Positions 18,887-29,299 are shown, counted from the first letter of the stretch. The stretch: DNA of 64,000 nt from Candidatus Multivoradales bacterium (GCA_965248055.1 CBDFIJ010000004.1:1312001-1376000); one strand, 5' to 3'. The notes: a model not told the origin generated them from the letters alone. Numbers and translations are program-made.

Positions 18887-19711
18887 TCAATGTTGACATC
18901 CGGGACAGTAGTAGGTCGAACGATTGCCAAAGACCGAACGCCGGATGCTGGCTCCGCAGCGCAGACACGGTTCTCCCTCGCGGTCGTACACGGCGTGCTC
19001 GATCTGGAAGTAGCCGCTCTCCCCGGTACCATCGCGGAAATCATTGAGCGTCGAGCCCCCTCGGTCGATCGCCCGCGTCAAGGTCTCTTGAATCGCTGCT
19101 ACGACCTTATTCCAGGTTGCCAGCGAAACTCTTGAGACCATTCTGCCCGGATGCACCCCTGCTCGGTGCAATGCTTCAGAAGCGTAGATATTTCCAACCC
19201 CAACCATCACGGTTTGATCCATCAAGAATTCTTTGATTCGCCGACGGCGCCCACCTGCCCGGGTGCGCAAGGTGTTTCCGTCCAACCCCGCCGACAGCGG
19301 CTCGACACCCAGATGCGCCAGCCGTTTGTCGGTAGCGAGTTGGGCGTTTTCAACCACTGCCAACAGACCAAATCGCCTCGGGTCACAATAGTTGAGTAAA
19401 GACCCGTCATCGAGATGGAACCGGACGTGGTCATGCTTCTCGCGCTCAACCTGTGTTTTGGTCCAAGACAGGTTGCCACTCATCCCCAAATGCACCAACA
19501 AAGTCCGATCGCCCGAGGTCTTGAGCAATAGGTATTTAGCACGCCGCTCGAGTCGCTCGATCGTCCGGTTGCGCATCGCGGCTCGAAACGGTATCGGATC
19601 GATTTGCTCGCGCAGCCGTGGTTCAAATACTTCCGTCATGCGAATCGTCCTAGCTACGCAGTGAGGCTCGAGAGTGCGCTTCAGGACTTCAACTTCTGGC
19701 AATTCAGGCAT
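18887..19711 (-). CDS. mutM: Formamidopyrimidine-DNA glycosylase
   Basis: MPELPEVE, RRAKYL, HLGMSG, GVGNIYASE, C4 zinc finger. Confidence 0.96.
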   Translation of the reverse strand: MPELPEVEVLKRTLEPHCVARTIRMTEVFEPRLREQIDPIPFRAAMRNRTIERLERRAKYLLLKTSGDRTLLVHLGMSGNLSWTKTQVEREKHDHVRFHLDDGSLLNYCDPRRFGLLAVVENAQLATDKRLAHLGVEPLSAGLDGNTLRTRAGGRRRRIKEFLMDQTVMVGVGNIYASEALHRAGVHPGRMVSRVSLATWNKVVAAIQETLTRAIDRGGSTLNDFRDGTGESGYFQIEHAVYDREGEPCLRCGASIRRSVFGNRSTYYCPGCQH

Positions 19712-19770
19712 GGTGCAAGCTGGGATACCGACCTCAAACGGCTCGGCCAACTTCCGCTAGGCTAGCGCTC

Positions 19771-21225
19771 TCAGGCCAAGGTGGCGCACAGATCCGCGAG
19801 CAAGGCATCGATTGCCAAATCAGCTGACCGCGATTCACCCTTGATTCGTCTTTCGGTGACCAGCACCTTCGCCGGTAGCTCGGCGCCACGACCGGGGCGC
19901 AGGCGCGAAGCTGCCAGATAAGCCCGGTGCAATCGAAACGGATGAATCTTGTGCAATGCGTCGACGCCGGTGTCGGCGGCAAGGATCGGTGCCAGCCGCT
20001 GCTTGAACTGCGGGTAGTTGTTCATTCCGCGCTCTACCCCAGTCTGTTCAAAGCGAGCTTCGATCCAGGCCAAGTGACGACAGAACTCGGCGAGCTGGGA
20101 GAAAAATCCCAGGCGCGCTGCTTCTGGATCGGACGCGGCATCCATGTATCGGGTGAAGCGGTGCAAGACCTCGCCGGTTTTTCCCTCGCCAATCGCGTCC
20201 ATGATCTGGAAAACGTCTTGATCGCCACGATCTGCAACCACCCGCCGTACATCTTGCACCGTGATTTCGGCATCGACGTAGGTCGCCAATTTGCGGTATT
20301 CGGCGGCAAATCGAGCCGCACTGTCGGCGTCGACAACGCCCGATCGATCACGAGCTTTACGTCTCAGGGTCCGCTCGGCCAATTCTCTGATCGCAGCGGG
20401 GGCTGCCTTGATCCCGGTCTCCGCCGCCAGGGCAGCGGCCAGCCGATCGGCTCCCTGCCAACCACCTTGACGCTGAGCGGTGATCTCACCAACCCCAACC
20501 ACCGCATCGAGGGCCTTGAGCCGACTCGCCAAAGGGTGGCTTTCATCCACCGCCGACTCGACCAAGATCAAGTGATGGCCGGGCGGAAAACCGTGCTCCA
20601 ATGCCGCCGCGATGCGCTCGACCACAGCTTCTGAATGAACCGCGACCTCTTGCTCTCGCCCAGCCTGGAGCAATCGAACCAACTGCTCCCGCCGTTCGCT
20701 GACTCGAGCAGCACCGATGCGCCCCGAGGCGCCCTTGAGAACATGGTCCGGCAGATCAGCGACAGCCTCCTCGGCAGATCCCGCAAACGGGTCAAGACCA
20801 AACATGTTGAGCACCGAATAGAGGCGGGTGGCGCACCAGCGCTGACGACCGGAGAGATTCGCGCTCGGATCACTCACCGGGTCATCAAGCGCAGCATCGA
20901 CCAAAGAAGACGCTGCGCTCTGGTCCGCCAGCAAGGCGGTCTCAAAGGCAATCACCACCTTGGCTTCGCCAAACAAAGAAAAGGTCTCAAGATCGTCTAA
21001 AACTCCGGCCAGCGATTCCTTGTGACGTGCCAGAGTGTAGGGATCGTCCCGCGCCAAACGCTCAGCCATCTTGCGAGCCTTGGGCTCCGCAAGAGTGAGG
21101 TTGCCGACGATTAGGTGTACCTGAGCGACAGAATCAGGAGCGCTGGAATCCGTCTGATCGGAGGCGGTTGGGGTCAGGAACTGATCTCCGAGTCTTCGCG
21201 CACTTTGTCCTCGCGCACCGTCCAC
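19771..21225 (-). CDS. holA: DNA polymerase III delta-like subunit, elongated (start uncertain, probably near 21177)
   Basis: LETFSLFGEAKVV, EYRKLATY..ITVQDV..V, VFQIMDAI, KIHPFR, ERRIKG are HolA-like segments; long central insertion. Confidence 0.6.
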   Translation of the reverse strand: MDGARGQSARRLGDQFLTPTASDQTDSSAPDSVAQVHLIVGNLTLAEPKARKMAERLARDDPYTLARHKESLAGVLDDLETFSLFGEAKVVIAFETALLADQSAASSLVDAALDDPVSDPSANLSGRQRWCATRLYSVLNMFGLDPFAGSAEEAVADLPDHVLKGASGRIGAARVSERREQLVRLLQAGREQEVAVHSEAVVERIAAALEHGFPPGHHLILVESAVDESHPLASRLKALDAVVGVGEITAQRQGGWQGADRLAAALAAETGIKAAPAAIRELAERTLRRKARDRSGVVDADSAARFAAEYRKLATYVDAEITVQDVRRVVADRGDQDVFQIMDAIGEGKTGEVLHRFTRYMDAASDPEAARLGFFSQLAEFCRHLAWIEARFEQTGVERGMNNYPQFKQRLAPILAADTGVDALHKIHPFRLHRAYLAASRLRPGRGAELPAKVLVTERRIKGESRSADLAIDALLADLCATLA

Positions 21226-22574
21226 ACCGGCCGCGCGACGACACCAATCAGGTCCTCGGCGACCTGTTCTTCTTCAAAGTCCAATTCCAGAGCGTTCCAG
21301 GCACCACAAGATGCGCAGCGGCCGGTCCAGTCGTCAGCTTCGGCACGGCAGTTGGTGCAGCGATAGTCCGCGACCGTCAAACCCGCTTGCTTGACGCACC
21401 AGCGATAGTGCTCGACTGCCAAATCTCGATCGCCTCTCTTCTCAGCGATCCGCGCGATCAACAAATGATAGGTCGGCGACTGACGGAAGGGTTCCTCAAC
21501 CGCAGCGAGCACCTTGCTCGCCTCTTCGTGCATCTCCAGTCGGTAGTACAACCGTCCGAGGAAAAAACGGGGAATCAAGCCATTGTCGGTCCCCGCCAGG
21601 CTGCGTAAACGCTTGATCGCCTGCGCTGGATCGCCGACCTCAATATAGTGGTCCTCCAAACGCTGTAAGAACGTCGGACTGCCTGTTTGCTGGTACCCGC
21701 GTTGCCACTCATCGGCTGCCGACTCTGGACGATTTCCTAGCACCAAAGCTTCGCCGAGCATGATCGAGGCTGGGGCAAAACTGGGTTCGTCTTCCAACAA
21801 ACCGTGAAACAACCGTTTGGCCTCTTCGGTGGATCCGTCCTCCAAGAGAGCGACTCCCCGTTCGTACTTAAGCCCGCGGCGTATCTCTTCCTCACCCGCC
21901 AAGTCGACCGGTTCTGCTAAGGCTTCGATCTTTTCCTGAAGCTCTAAGGCGTGTTTCCAATCTCGCCGATCCATCGATTCCGCGCGGCGCGCCTTGAGCA
22001 CCTTGAGACCCGACCCAGAAAATTCACGCAACACTCGATTGCGGACTTCCGCCGCTACATCCGACTCCCCAGCCGCCGCATAGTCCTCGGCCAGTTCGTA
22101 GAGCAGGGTGACGCTTTGCGGGTAGAGCACCGACGCCCTTCGATGTACCTCCAACGCCTGATCCAATTTGCGCATTCCACGCAGCGCAGCGCCCATGCCC
22201 ACTAGGCCACCAAAATCTTCAGGACGATCCTGCAGCAGCGAACCAAACTCGGATTCTGCCTTGGACCACTGACCATCGGCGAGTGAGTCCATGGCTCGAC
22301 GATAGAGCGCGTCGAGAGCGCGTTGTTCGCGCTCACCACGGTGGCGGCGGCGGGAACTGAGGTCTTGGCGCAGGGTGTCAATCAACAACACCGCGACGGT
22401 CGGCAGGAAGCCCAAAAAGAACACCGCCAGTAGCGCCCCATACAACGGCACGCTGCGACCTGCACCCATGGCGAAAGGTTGATGCAGGAGATCGTCATTG
22501 TGCTGGTACAGGTACGAACCAGCAACCATGGCCACCAGGGACAAGAGAATGACGAAAAAAGTCCTAAACTTCAT
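21174..22574 (-). CDS. LapA-LapB-like fusion (membrane anchor, TPRs, rubredoxin-like Zn finger)
   Basis: Two N-terminal TM helices with LapA-like N...VPL pattern, TPR repeats, YRCTNC..W.GRCASCGAWN. Confidence 0.75.
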   Translation of the reverse strand: MKFRTFFVILLSLVAMVAGSYLYQHNDDLLHQPFAMGAGRSVPLYGALLAVFFLGFLPTVAVLLIDTLRQDLSSRRRHRGEREQRALDALYRRAMDSLADGQWSKAESEFGSLLQDRPEDFGGLVGMGAALRGMRKLDQALEVHRRASVLYPQSVTLLYELAEDYAAAGESDVAAEVRNRVLREFSGSGLKVLKARRAESMDRRDWKHALELQEKIEALAEPVDLAGEEEIRRGLKYERGVALLEDGSTEEAKRLFHGLLEDEPSFAPASIMLGEALVLGNRPESAADEWQRGYQQTGSPTFLQRLEDHYIEVGDPAQAIKRLRSLAGTDNGLIPRFFLGRLYYRLEMHEEASKVLAAVEEPFRQSPTYHLLIARIAEKRGDRDLAVEHYRWCVKQAGLTVADYRCTNCRAEADDWTGRCASCGAWNALELDFEEEQVAEDLIGVVARPVWTVREDKVREDSEISS

Positions 22575-22585
22575 CTACAGTCCAA

Positions 22586-22939
22586 CTAGTCAACCACTTG
22601 AGCTTCCTGTCGTTCCTGACACTCAACGCAATGCTGCGTCCAGGGCACCGCGGCCAATCGAACCTTAGCAATTTTCTTCCCGCAGTCCGCGCAATCTCCA
22701 TATCTGCCCGCGTCGAGCGCTGCAACGGCGTTTTCAATCGCCGCTAGCCGTTCATAGTCGACCGCGGAAAACACAATATTGAGATCCCGCTGGTAGGAAG
22801 CAGTCGCCTGATCGATCGGATCCTCGACCGTGTCCTCCTCGCGCCGACCCTCTTCGATCTCGGAGTGGTACATCTTTAAAATTTCAGCACGCTGCTCCAA
22901 CAAGTTGGCTCTGATTCGCTCTAACTCTCGTGACCGCAT
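22586..22939 (-). CDS. TraR/DksA C4 zinc-finger protein
   Basis: DPIDQA, YGDCADCG..I...RL.AVPW..HCVECQ. Confidence 0.9.
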   Translation of the reverse strand: MRSRELERIRANLLEQRAEILKMYHSEIEEGRREEDTVEDPIDQATASYQRDLNIVFSAVDYERLAAIENAVAALDAGRYGDCADCGKKIAKVRLAAVPWTQHCVECQERQEAQVVD

Positions 22940-22963
22940 CGTTGATTCCTTCCAGGCATCCGA

Positions 22964-23434
22964 CTAGTCGATCGGAGTCCGGTGATACTTTATTCCGCGA
23001 AGCTGTGCAATGCCACGGTAGATTTGCTCGTAAAGCACCAACTTGGCTAGGCGGTGAGCCAGGGTTACTGGCCCGAACGAGATCACTTGATCCGAGCGCT
23101 GCAGAAACTCTCGACCAATTCCTAGGTCTGATCCCAAGACAAAAGTCACGCCGTCTGGAGCCTCCATCCATTGGCTCATCCGCGCAGCCCATTGTTTCGA
23201 CGACAAGGGTTTCCCGCGTCGGTCCAGGGAAACCACGGTTCCATCTGCCACTTTGCATAGCGCTTCCGCTTCCCGCATCAGTCGCTTCGATTCATCGCCA
23301 CCCCGGGCGCGGACTTCCATTTCGCGCAGCGGAATAAATCTTTGGATACGACTGCGGTAATCAGCAAAAAGCGGCTCCCAGGCGGGCGCACGATGGCGAC
23401 CGGCCCACACAATTCTGAGTTCTCGACTTGCCAA
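22964..23434 (-). CDS. rlmH: 23S rRNA m3Psi1915 methyltransferase
   Basis: LDRRGK..SS, FVLGSDLG, SFG.VTLAH.LA..VLYEQIYR, KYH. Confidence 0.92.
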   Translation of the reverse strand: MASRELRIVWAGRHRAPAWEPLFADYRSRIQRFIPLREMEVRARGGDESKRLMREAEALCKVADGTVVSLDRRGKPLSSKQWAARMSQWMEAPDGVTFVLGSDLGIGREFLQRSDQVISFGPVTLAHRLAKLVLYEQIYRGIAQLRGIKYHRTPID

Positions 23435-23471
23435 GATATCTCCCCTTTTACCAGCTTAACTGACCGGTCTG

Positions 23472-24512
23472 ATGCCTCCGCCCATGGTAACCTTCGGCGC
23501 TCCGATGAGCGTCTCTGACCCCAACGAACAGTCGCGAAAATCCCGCCGAGGCCGGTTGGCCAAGCGCCTCATTCTGGGCGGCGTAGCGATCGGCGTTCCA
23601 GCACTGGTCAATCTTGCCATCGCCCGCTCGGCGCGTCGGCTGGGCGAAGCGAAATGGGGTCGACCGAGTCGCTACTCCTGGCGCTATGGGGAAATCTCAT
23701 TCCAAGTTTTGGGCAAAGGCGAGCCTATTCTGCTGCTGCATTCGTTGGGTCCGGGGCACGACGGAGACGAGTGGTGTGCGGTTGCTGAGCTCTTGGCTGA
23801 ATCCCACACCGTCTACGTGCCCGATTTGCTCGGTTGGGGCCGCTCGCAACGGCCCAAGATTGCCTACGACGATTCGATTTATGTACGCCTGATCTCCGAC
23901 TTCTTGGATGACGTGGTTTGGGCTCCCAGCACCCTGGTCGCTGCCGGCCTAACGGCGCCCTACGCGTTGCAAGTGGCTCTTGATGAACCGCAAAAGGTCG
24001 AAGCGGTAGGACTGGTTCACCCGTCCGGCCTTGATCTGGACGCTGAAGAACCGGATCTGCGCGACGCCCTGTTGCGCAAGGCGCTACAAGTGCCGGTGTT
24101 GGGCACTGGCGCACTGAACCTCTACACCAGTCACCAGGCGATCAAGCAGCACCTGGAGAGAGACGTTTTTCTCGAGCCTCAGGCGGTGACCGACGAGGAC
24201 GTTGAGCAATACTACGATTCCAGCCATCAACCTGGAGCCCACCACGCTCTGGCCTCGTATCTGGCTGGCTTTCTCAATCACCGACTGCGTCATGGGGTTG
24301 ACCGTCTGCAACAGCCTCTGTGGCTGGCGTGGGGTCGAGGTGGTAGCAATCCGGTGGTTCGCCAGCAATTGGATACTTGGTTGAATCATTTTCCGGCGGC
24401 AGAAATCGAGGTCTTGGACGGTGTCGGTTCCTTACCCCATTTCGAATCCCCTGCTACCTTTGGCGACCGTCTCCTGCGATTCCTGACGCAGACGCCCGCT
24501 TCGATCGGCTAA
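23472..24512 (+). CDS. Membrane-anchored alpha/beta-fold protein lacking canonical GxSxG
   Basis: LLLHS, PDLLGWGRS, LAWG, PHFE; nucleophile elbow reads AAGLT. Confidence 0.75.
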   Translation: MPPPMVTFGAPMSVSDPNEQSRKSRRGRLAKRLILGGVAIGVPALVNLAIARSARRLGEAKWGRPSRYSWRYGEISFQVLGKGEPILLLHSLGPGHDGDEWCAVAELLAESHTVYVPDLLGWGRSQRPKIAYDDSIYVRLISDFLDDVVWAPSTLVAAGLTAPYALQVALDEPQKVEAVGLVHPSGLDLDAEEPDLRDALLRKALQVPVLGTGALNLYTSHQAIKQHLERDVFLEPQAVTDEDVEQYYDSSHQPGAHHALASYLAGFLNHRLRHGVDRLQQPLWLAWGRGGSNPVVRQQLDTWLNHFPAAEIEVLDGVGSLPHFESPATFGDRLLRFLTQTPASIG

Positions 24513-24519
24513 CGCTCTC

Positions 24520-27500
24520 ATGGCAGATCGATCCTTTCCCAAGGCCCGAGCAGGCTATCCGTTCCCCGAGTTAGAGGCCGAGGTACTCGAATTCTGGCAA
24601 CACGAGAAGATCTTCCAGCGTTCGGTGGAACGCAATGCCGGAGGGCCTTCCTACGTGTTCTACGAAGGCCCGCCAACCGCCAACAACGTCCCCCATGTCG
24701 GCCATGTGGTGACCCGAGTGGTGAAAGATCTGTTCCCCCGCTATCGCACCATGCAAGGTGACCAGGTGCTACGCAAAGCCGGTTGGGACACCCATGGCCT
24801 ACCGGTCGAAATCGAAGTCGAGAAAGCACTCGGATTCTCAGGCAAGGAACAGATCGAAGCCTTTGGCATTGCTGAGTTCAACGCCCGTTGCTTTGACAGC
24901 GTCCAGACCTACGAGCGCCAATGGCGAGCGATGAGTGAGCGGGTCGGCTATTGGACCGATTTCGATAACCCCTACCTCACCTACAGCAACCAATACATCG
25001 AGTCGGTTTGGTCGTCGCTGCGGGCCTTGTGGGACAAGGGACTGCTTTCCGAGGGATACAAGATTCAACCGTATTGCGCGCGTTGCGGTACCACTTTGTC
25101 GAGCCATGAAGTGGCGCAGAACTACCAAGAGACCGACGATCCCTCAGTCTGGGTGCTGTTCCCGCTGCGCCAAGGACAGAGTGTCGAGGTAGATGGCCGA
25201 CCCGTGGCGCTAGCGGAAGCGCTGCATTTGGTGGCTTGGACCACCACCCCATGGACGCTTACCGGTCACACTGGGTTGGCGGTGAACACTGGGCTCAACT
25301 ACAAGGTGGTTGCCGATCCAGCCGGGGATGATCGGCAGTTTCTGATCGGCGATCAACTCGAGACGCCAATCCCCTACTCCTATGACCTAGACGGCGAACG
25401 GGTTCAAGTTGACTTGGGGCAGCAAGACGCGTTGATGACGATTCGCGGATCTGAGCTTGCGGGTCTGCGCTACGACCGACCCTTTGCAACGCCGTTTGAT
25501 CCCTCTGAGCAGCCAGGATTCGACCCCTCCCCCAACGACCAGGATGGCTGGGTGGTGTTCACCGCCGACTATGTGACCCGTTCGGAAGGGACCGGAATCG
25601 TCCACACCGCCCCTGCCTACGGTGCTGACGACTACCAGTCGGGTACTCGCTATGGCCTGCCCTTCGCGCTCACCGTCGACGGTGAAGGCAAAATGATGGA
25701 TCTCACCGGCATGAAGTCGGTGGCCGGGATGTGGTTCAAGGACGCCGACAAGATCCTTAAACAGGAGCTCAAAGAGCGCGGCCTGCTACTGGCCTCGGCG
25801 ACCTATCGCCACAATTACCCGTTTTGTTGGCGTTGCGATACTCCGCTGCTGTACTACGCATCGAAGTCTTGGTTCGTGCTCACCACCCAGCGCGCTAAAC
25901 AACTAGTCAAACTCAATAAGACCATCGGCTGGCGTCCGGCGCACGTCGGCGAAGGGCGTTTCGGCAACTGGCTGGAAAATGTAGTCGATTGGGCCCTGTC
26001 TCGTAAACGCTACTGGGGCACCCCGTTGCCCGTATGGACCTGCAATCGCTGCGACCATGTCGACGTCGTCGGTAGCTTTCAGGATCTATTCCGCTTAGCC
26101 GAAATCAAAACCCCAGACGATCTTCATGACCGTGAGCAATTCGATCCACATCGACCGTTTGTCGATCGCTACGGCGACGGCAATCGATTCGTCTGGGCTT
26201 GTCCAGATTGCCATGAAGGTACCGTCGGCCGAGTCGATGATGTGATCGACGCTTGGTACGACTCGGGGTCGATGCCCTTTGCTCAGCACCACTACTTGCC
26301 ACATCTGGGCGGCGATCAAGGCAAGGGATTTGACCCCACCACTGGAGTCGGCTTCCCGGCTGACTTCATCTCGGAAGCGATCGATCAAACCCGTGGATGG
26401 TTCTACACATTGCATGCGCTAGGTACGCTGTTGTTCGACTCGGTCGCCTACCGCAACTGTGTGGTCCTTGGCCATGTCAACGATGAGACCGGTCGCAAAA
26501 TGTCCAAACGTTTGGGCAATGTGGTCGAACCGATGCAGGTGATCGAGAAAACTGGTGCCGACGCCATCCGCTGGTATTTTTGTGTCAATAACCCAACGGT
26601 CAATTCGCGTTTTTCCGAGCGCTTGGTGCGCGAAGCAGCACAGAAGTTCTTATTGCCATTGTGGAATGCAGTGTCGTTCTTCTCGATCTACGCCAATCTC
26701 GACCAGTGGCATCCAGACAACAAGCGGGAGGGCACGCCCTCGACCTTGGATGATTGGATTCTGTCGCGACTCCAGCGTCTCTTGACCGAGACCTCGGGGT
26801 ATCTCGATAACTATCGAGTCGCAGAAGCCGCGCGTGGGGTAGAGACATTCCTGGATGAACTGACCAACTGGTACATCCGCCGCAGCCGCAAACGATTCTG
26901 GGCCGGGGACAGTGCTATTGCGGGAGAGGCTGCAACGGGCGAAACAGCAGCCCTAGACGGGGCCGACAAAGAGGCCGCCTACCAGACTCTCTACCGAGTT
27001 CTGACCACCTTGGCCCATGTGGTCGCGCCGTTTACCCCTTTTGTCGCCGAAGTGCTGCACCGAAACTTGATTCGCAGCCAGCGTGACGACTGTGCCGACA
27101 GCGTCCATCTTGAATCTTGGCCGCAACACGATCCGACGGAGCGCAACGACGATTTGGAACTGGCGATCGGCGATCTACAACGGATCGTCCGCCTCGGTCA
27201 TGCTGCGCGCAACAGCCACGGACTCAAAACCCGCCAGCCACTGCGTTCGGTGACTGTGATCGCCGCGGAGAGCCAGATGGAAGCACGGGTGGCTCCGTAT
27301 GTTGACCTGTTGTGCGAAGAACTCAACGTCAGCGAGGTTTCCTGGGCCGAAGACCGATCGAAGTTTGTCGAACACCAGATCCGCCCCAATTTCCCCAAGC
27401 TTGGCCCGCGCCTGGGCAAGAACATGCCGATGCTCAAGAAAGCACTGGAAGCCGCAGACGGCGATCAGCTCGCGCAGCAACTGGAGCGGGATGGAGAGAT

Positions 27501-27903
27501 TTCGGTCGCCGTCGCGGACCAGACCCTGATTCTGAGCAACGAAGAGGTTGAAGTGGTGCTCAACGAGCGTGAAGGCATTGCTACCGAAGGCGACCGGGAG
27601 TTATTGGTGGTGCTGGACAGCGACCTGGATCAGGGATTGGTAGACGCCGGACGCGCTCGCGAGGTGGTCCATCGCCTGCAAACCGTGCGCAAGAACATGG
27701 ACCTGGAGTACGCCGACCGCATCGTCGTTGCCTACTCTGCAGACGCGGAGCTGGAGCGTGCCATCGACGCCCATCGCGATTGGATCGCCGGCGAGACTTT
27801 GACCGTCTCCTGGACCGACGATCCAGGACCGGAGGCAGTCCTAGAACCGGTTGACGAACTGGAATTTCGCTTCGCCATTCGGCGACAAACTGTAATCAAT
27901 TGA
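24520..27903 (+). CDS. ileS: Isoleucine-tRNA ligase, type 2
   Basis: EGPPTAN..PHVGH, GWDTHGLP, WTTTPWT, DWALSR.RYWG, KMSK, long type-2 C-terminus without the type-1 Zn finger. Confidence 0.96.
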   Translation: MADRSFPKARAGYPFPELEAEVLEFWQHEKIFQRSVERNAGGPSYVFYEGPPTANNVPHVGHVVTRVVKDLFPRYRTMQGDQVLRKAGWDTHGLPVEIEVEKALGFSGKEQIEAFGIAEFNARCFDSVQTYERQWRAMSERVGYWTDFDNPYLTYSNQYIESVWSSLRALWDKGLLSEGYKIQPYCARCGTTLSSHEVAQNYQETDDPSVWVLFPLRQGQSVEVDGRPVALAEALHLVAWTTTPWTLTGHTGLAVNTGLNYKVVADPAGDDRQFLIGDQLETPIPYSYDLDGERVQVDLGQQDALMTIRGSELAGLRYDRPFATPFDPSEQPGFDPSPNDQDGWVVFTADYVTRSEGTGIVHTAPAYGADDYQSGTRYGLPFALTVDGEGKMMDLTGMKSVAGMWFKDADKILKQELKERGLLLASATYRHNYPFCWRCDTPLLYYASKSWFVLTTQRAKQLVKLNKTIGWRPAHVGEGRFGNWLENVVDWALSRKRYWGTPLPVWTCNRCDHVDVVGSFQDLFRLAEIKTPDDLHDREQFDPHRPFVDRYGDGNRFVWACPDCHEGTVGRVDDVIDAWYDSGSMPFAQHHYLPHLGGDQGKGFDPTTGVGFPADFISEAIDQTRGWFYTLHALGTLLFDSVAYRNCVVLGHVNDETGRKMSKRLGNVVEPMQVIEKTGADAIRWYFCVNNPTVNSRFSERLVREAAQKFLLPLWNAVSFFSIYANLDQWHPDNKREGTPSTLDDWILSRLQRLLTETSGYLDNYRVAEAARGVETFLDELTNWYIRRSRKRFWAGDSAIAGEAATGETAALDGADKEAAYQTLYRVLTTLAHVVAPFTPFVAEVLHRNLIRSQRDDCADSVHLESWPQHDPTERNDDLELAIGDLQRIVRLGHAARNSHGLKTRQPLRSVTVIAAESQMEARVAPYVDLLCEELNVSEVSWAEDRSKFVEHQIRPNFPKLGPRLGKNMPMLKKALEAADGDQLAQQLERDGEISVAVADQTLILSNEEVEVVLNEREGIATEGDRELLVVLDSDLDQGLVDAGRAREVVHRLQTVRKNMDLEYADRIVVAYSADAELERAIDAHRDWIAGETLTVSWTDDPGPEAVLEPVDELEFRFAIRRQTVIN

Positions 27904-27928
27904 CGATACATTTATCCCGAGGAGAAGC

Positions 27929-29299
27929 TTGATGGCTGGAATTTACAAAGCCTACGATGTTCGCGGACTCTATCCGGAGCAACTGAACGAAGAGATCGCC
28001 CGCGACATTGGCCGCGCTTTTCCGAAGGTGTTGGATGAAGCGGACCGGGCCAAGGGACTGACGGTGGTAGTGAGTCGCGACATGCGCACCCACAGTGAAC
28101 CGCTAACCGCTGCGCTAATCGAAGGCCTGACAACCGCCGGACTCAAGGTCATCGACATTGGCATGGCCACCACGCCGATGAACTACTTCGCCGTTGGCTA
28201 TCTTGATACTTCGGCCGGGATTCAGGTCACCGCTAGCCATAATCCAGCCGAGTACAACGGGCTCAAATTCTCGCGCCGTGGAGCGCGGCCGGTATCTGGT
28301 GACCACGGCATCCCGTTGCTGGAGAAAACTGTCGCTTCGCAGCAGTTTCCCTTGTCGCCAGGAAACGGGTCGGTCGCGGAGGCCTCGGTATTTGAGGCCT
28401 ACTCCACCTGGGCGCTGTCCTTCGTCGATCAGGGCGTCGCCGGTGACGGCGACCGCAAACCACTCAAAGTGGTGGTCGATGCGGCCAACGGCATGGGGGT
28501 CATCTATCGACCCATCCTAGAGAAACTGGGGATCGAGATGATCCCGCTTTACTTTGAACTCGACGGCTCCTTTCCCAATCACGAAGCCAACCCTCTGAAA
28601 CTAGAAAACCTGGCCGACCTCTCGGCCTTGGTCCTTGAGACCGGGGCCGACTTAGGGATCTGTTTCGACGGCGACGCGGATCGAGCTGCCTTCGTCGACG
28701 AAACCGGTGAGCCGATCGGCAGTGACCTGATCACCGCCCTAATCGCTGGCGAGTTATTGGCCTCTGACCCCGGCAAGCACGTGCTCTATGACCTGCGATC
28801 GTCGCGCGCGGTGGCCGAATACATTGAAGAGAAAGGCGGCGTCCCGGTACGCGAGCGCGTCGGCCACTCCTTCATGAAAGCCACTCTGCGCGCGGTGCAA
28901 GGGCTATGCGGCGGCGAACTGGCCGGTCACTACTACTTTCGTGACGCCAACCACGCAGACTCCTCCATCCTCGCAGTGATCGAAATCCTCAATTTGCTGC
29001 GTCGTCGCGGCGAGTCGATGGCCACCATCGTCGCGCCGCTGCTGCGCTACGCCAAAAGCCCGGAAATCAACTTCGAGGTCGAAGACAAACAAGGCAAGAT
29101 CGACGAACTGGCCGCCGAATACGCTGACGCCGAAATCGACTTCCTCGACGGCATCACCTGTGCCTATGACGATTGGTGGTTCAACGTCCGCCCGTCGAAT
29201 ACTGAGCCGTATTTGCGGTTGGTTTTGGAAGCGAAAGATGATGAGGTTCTAGAGGAAAAGACTCGCGAACTGTGGAAGATACTAGGTGTCCCTGTCTAA
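27929..29299 (+). CDS. Phosphomannomutase/phosphoglucomutase
   Basis: KAYDVRG, TASHNP, DGDADR, GELAGH, RPSNTEP. Confidence 0.93.
   Translation: MMAGIYKAYDVRGLYPEQLNEEIARDIGRAFPKVLDEADRAKGLTVVVSRDMRTHSEPLTAALIEGLTTAGLKVIDIGMATTPMNYFAVGYLDTSAGIQVTASHNPAEYNGLKFSRRGARPVSGDHGIPLLEKTVASQQFPLSPGNGSVAEASVFEAYSTWALSFVDQGVAGDGDRKPLKVVVDAANGMGVIYRPILEKLGIEMIPLYFELDGSFPNHEANPLKLENLADLSALVLETGADLGICFDGDADRAAFVDETGEPIGSDLITALIAGELLASDPGKHVLYDLRSSRAVAEYIEEKGGVPVRERVGHSFMKATLRAVQGLCGGELAGHYYFRDANHADSSILAVIEILNLLRRRGESMATIVAPLLRYAKSPEINFEVEDKQGKIDELAAEYADAEIDFLDGITCAYDDWWFNVRPSNTEPYLRLVLEAKDDEVLEEKTRELWKILGVPV

Noticed and set aside
24400-24520. T-box leader for ileS
   Set aside because: Only 7 nt separate ileS from the upstream gene, leaving no room, and no T-box motif is seen.
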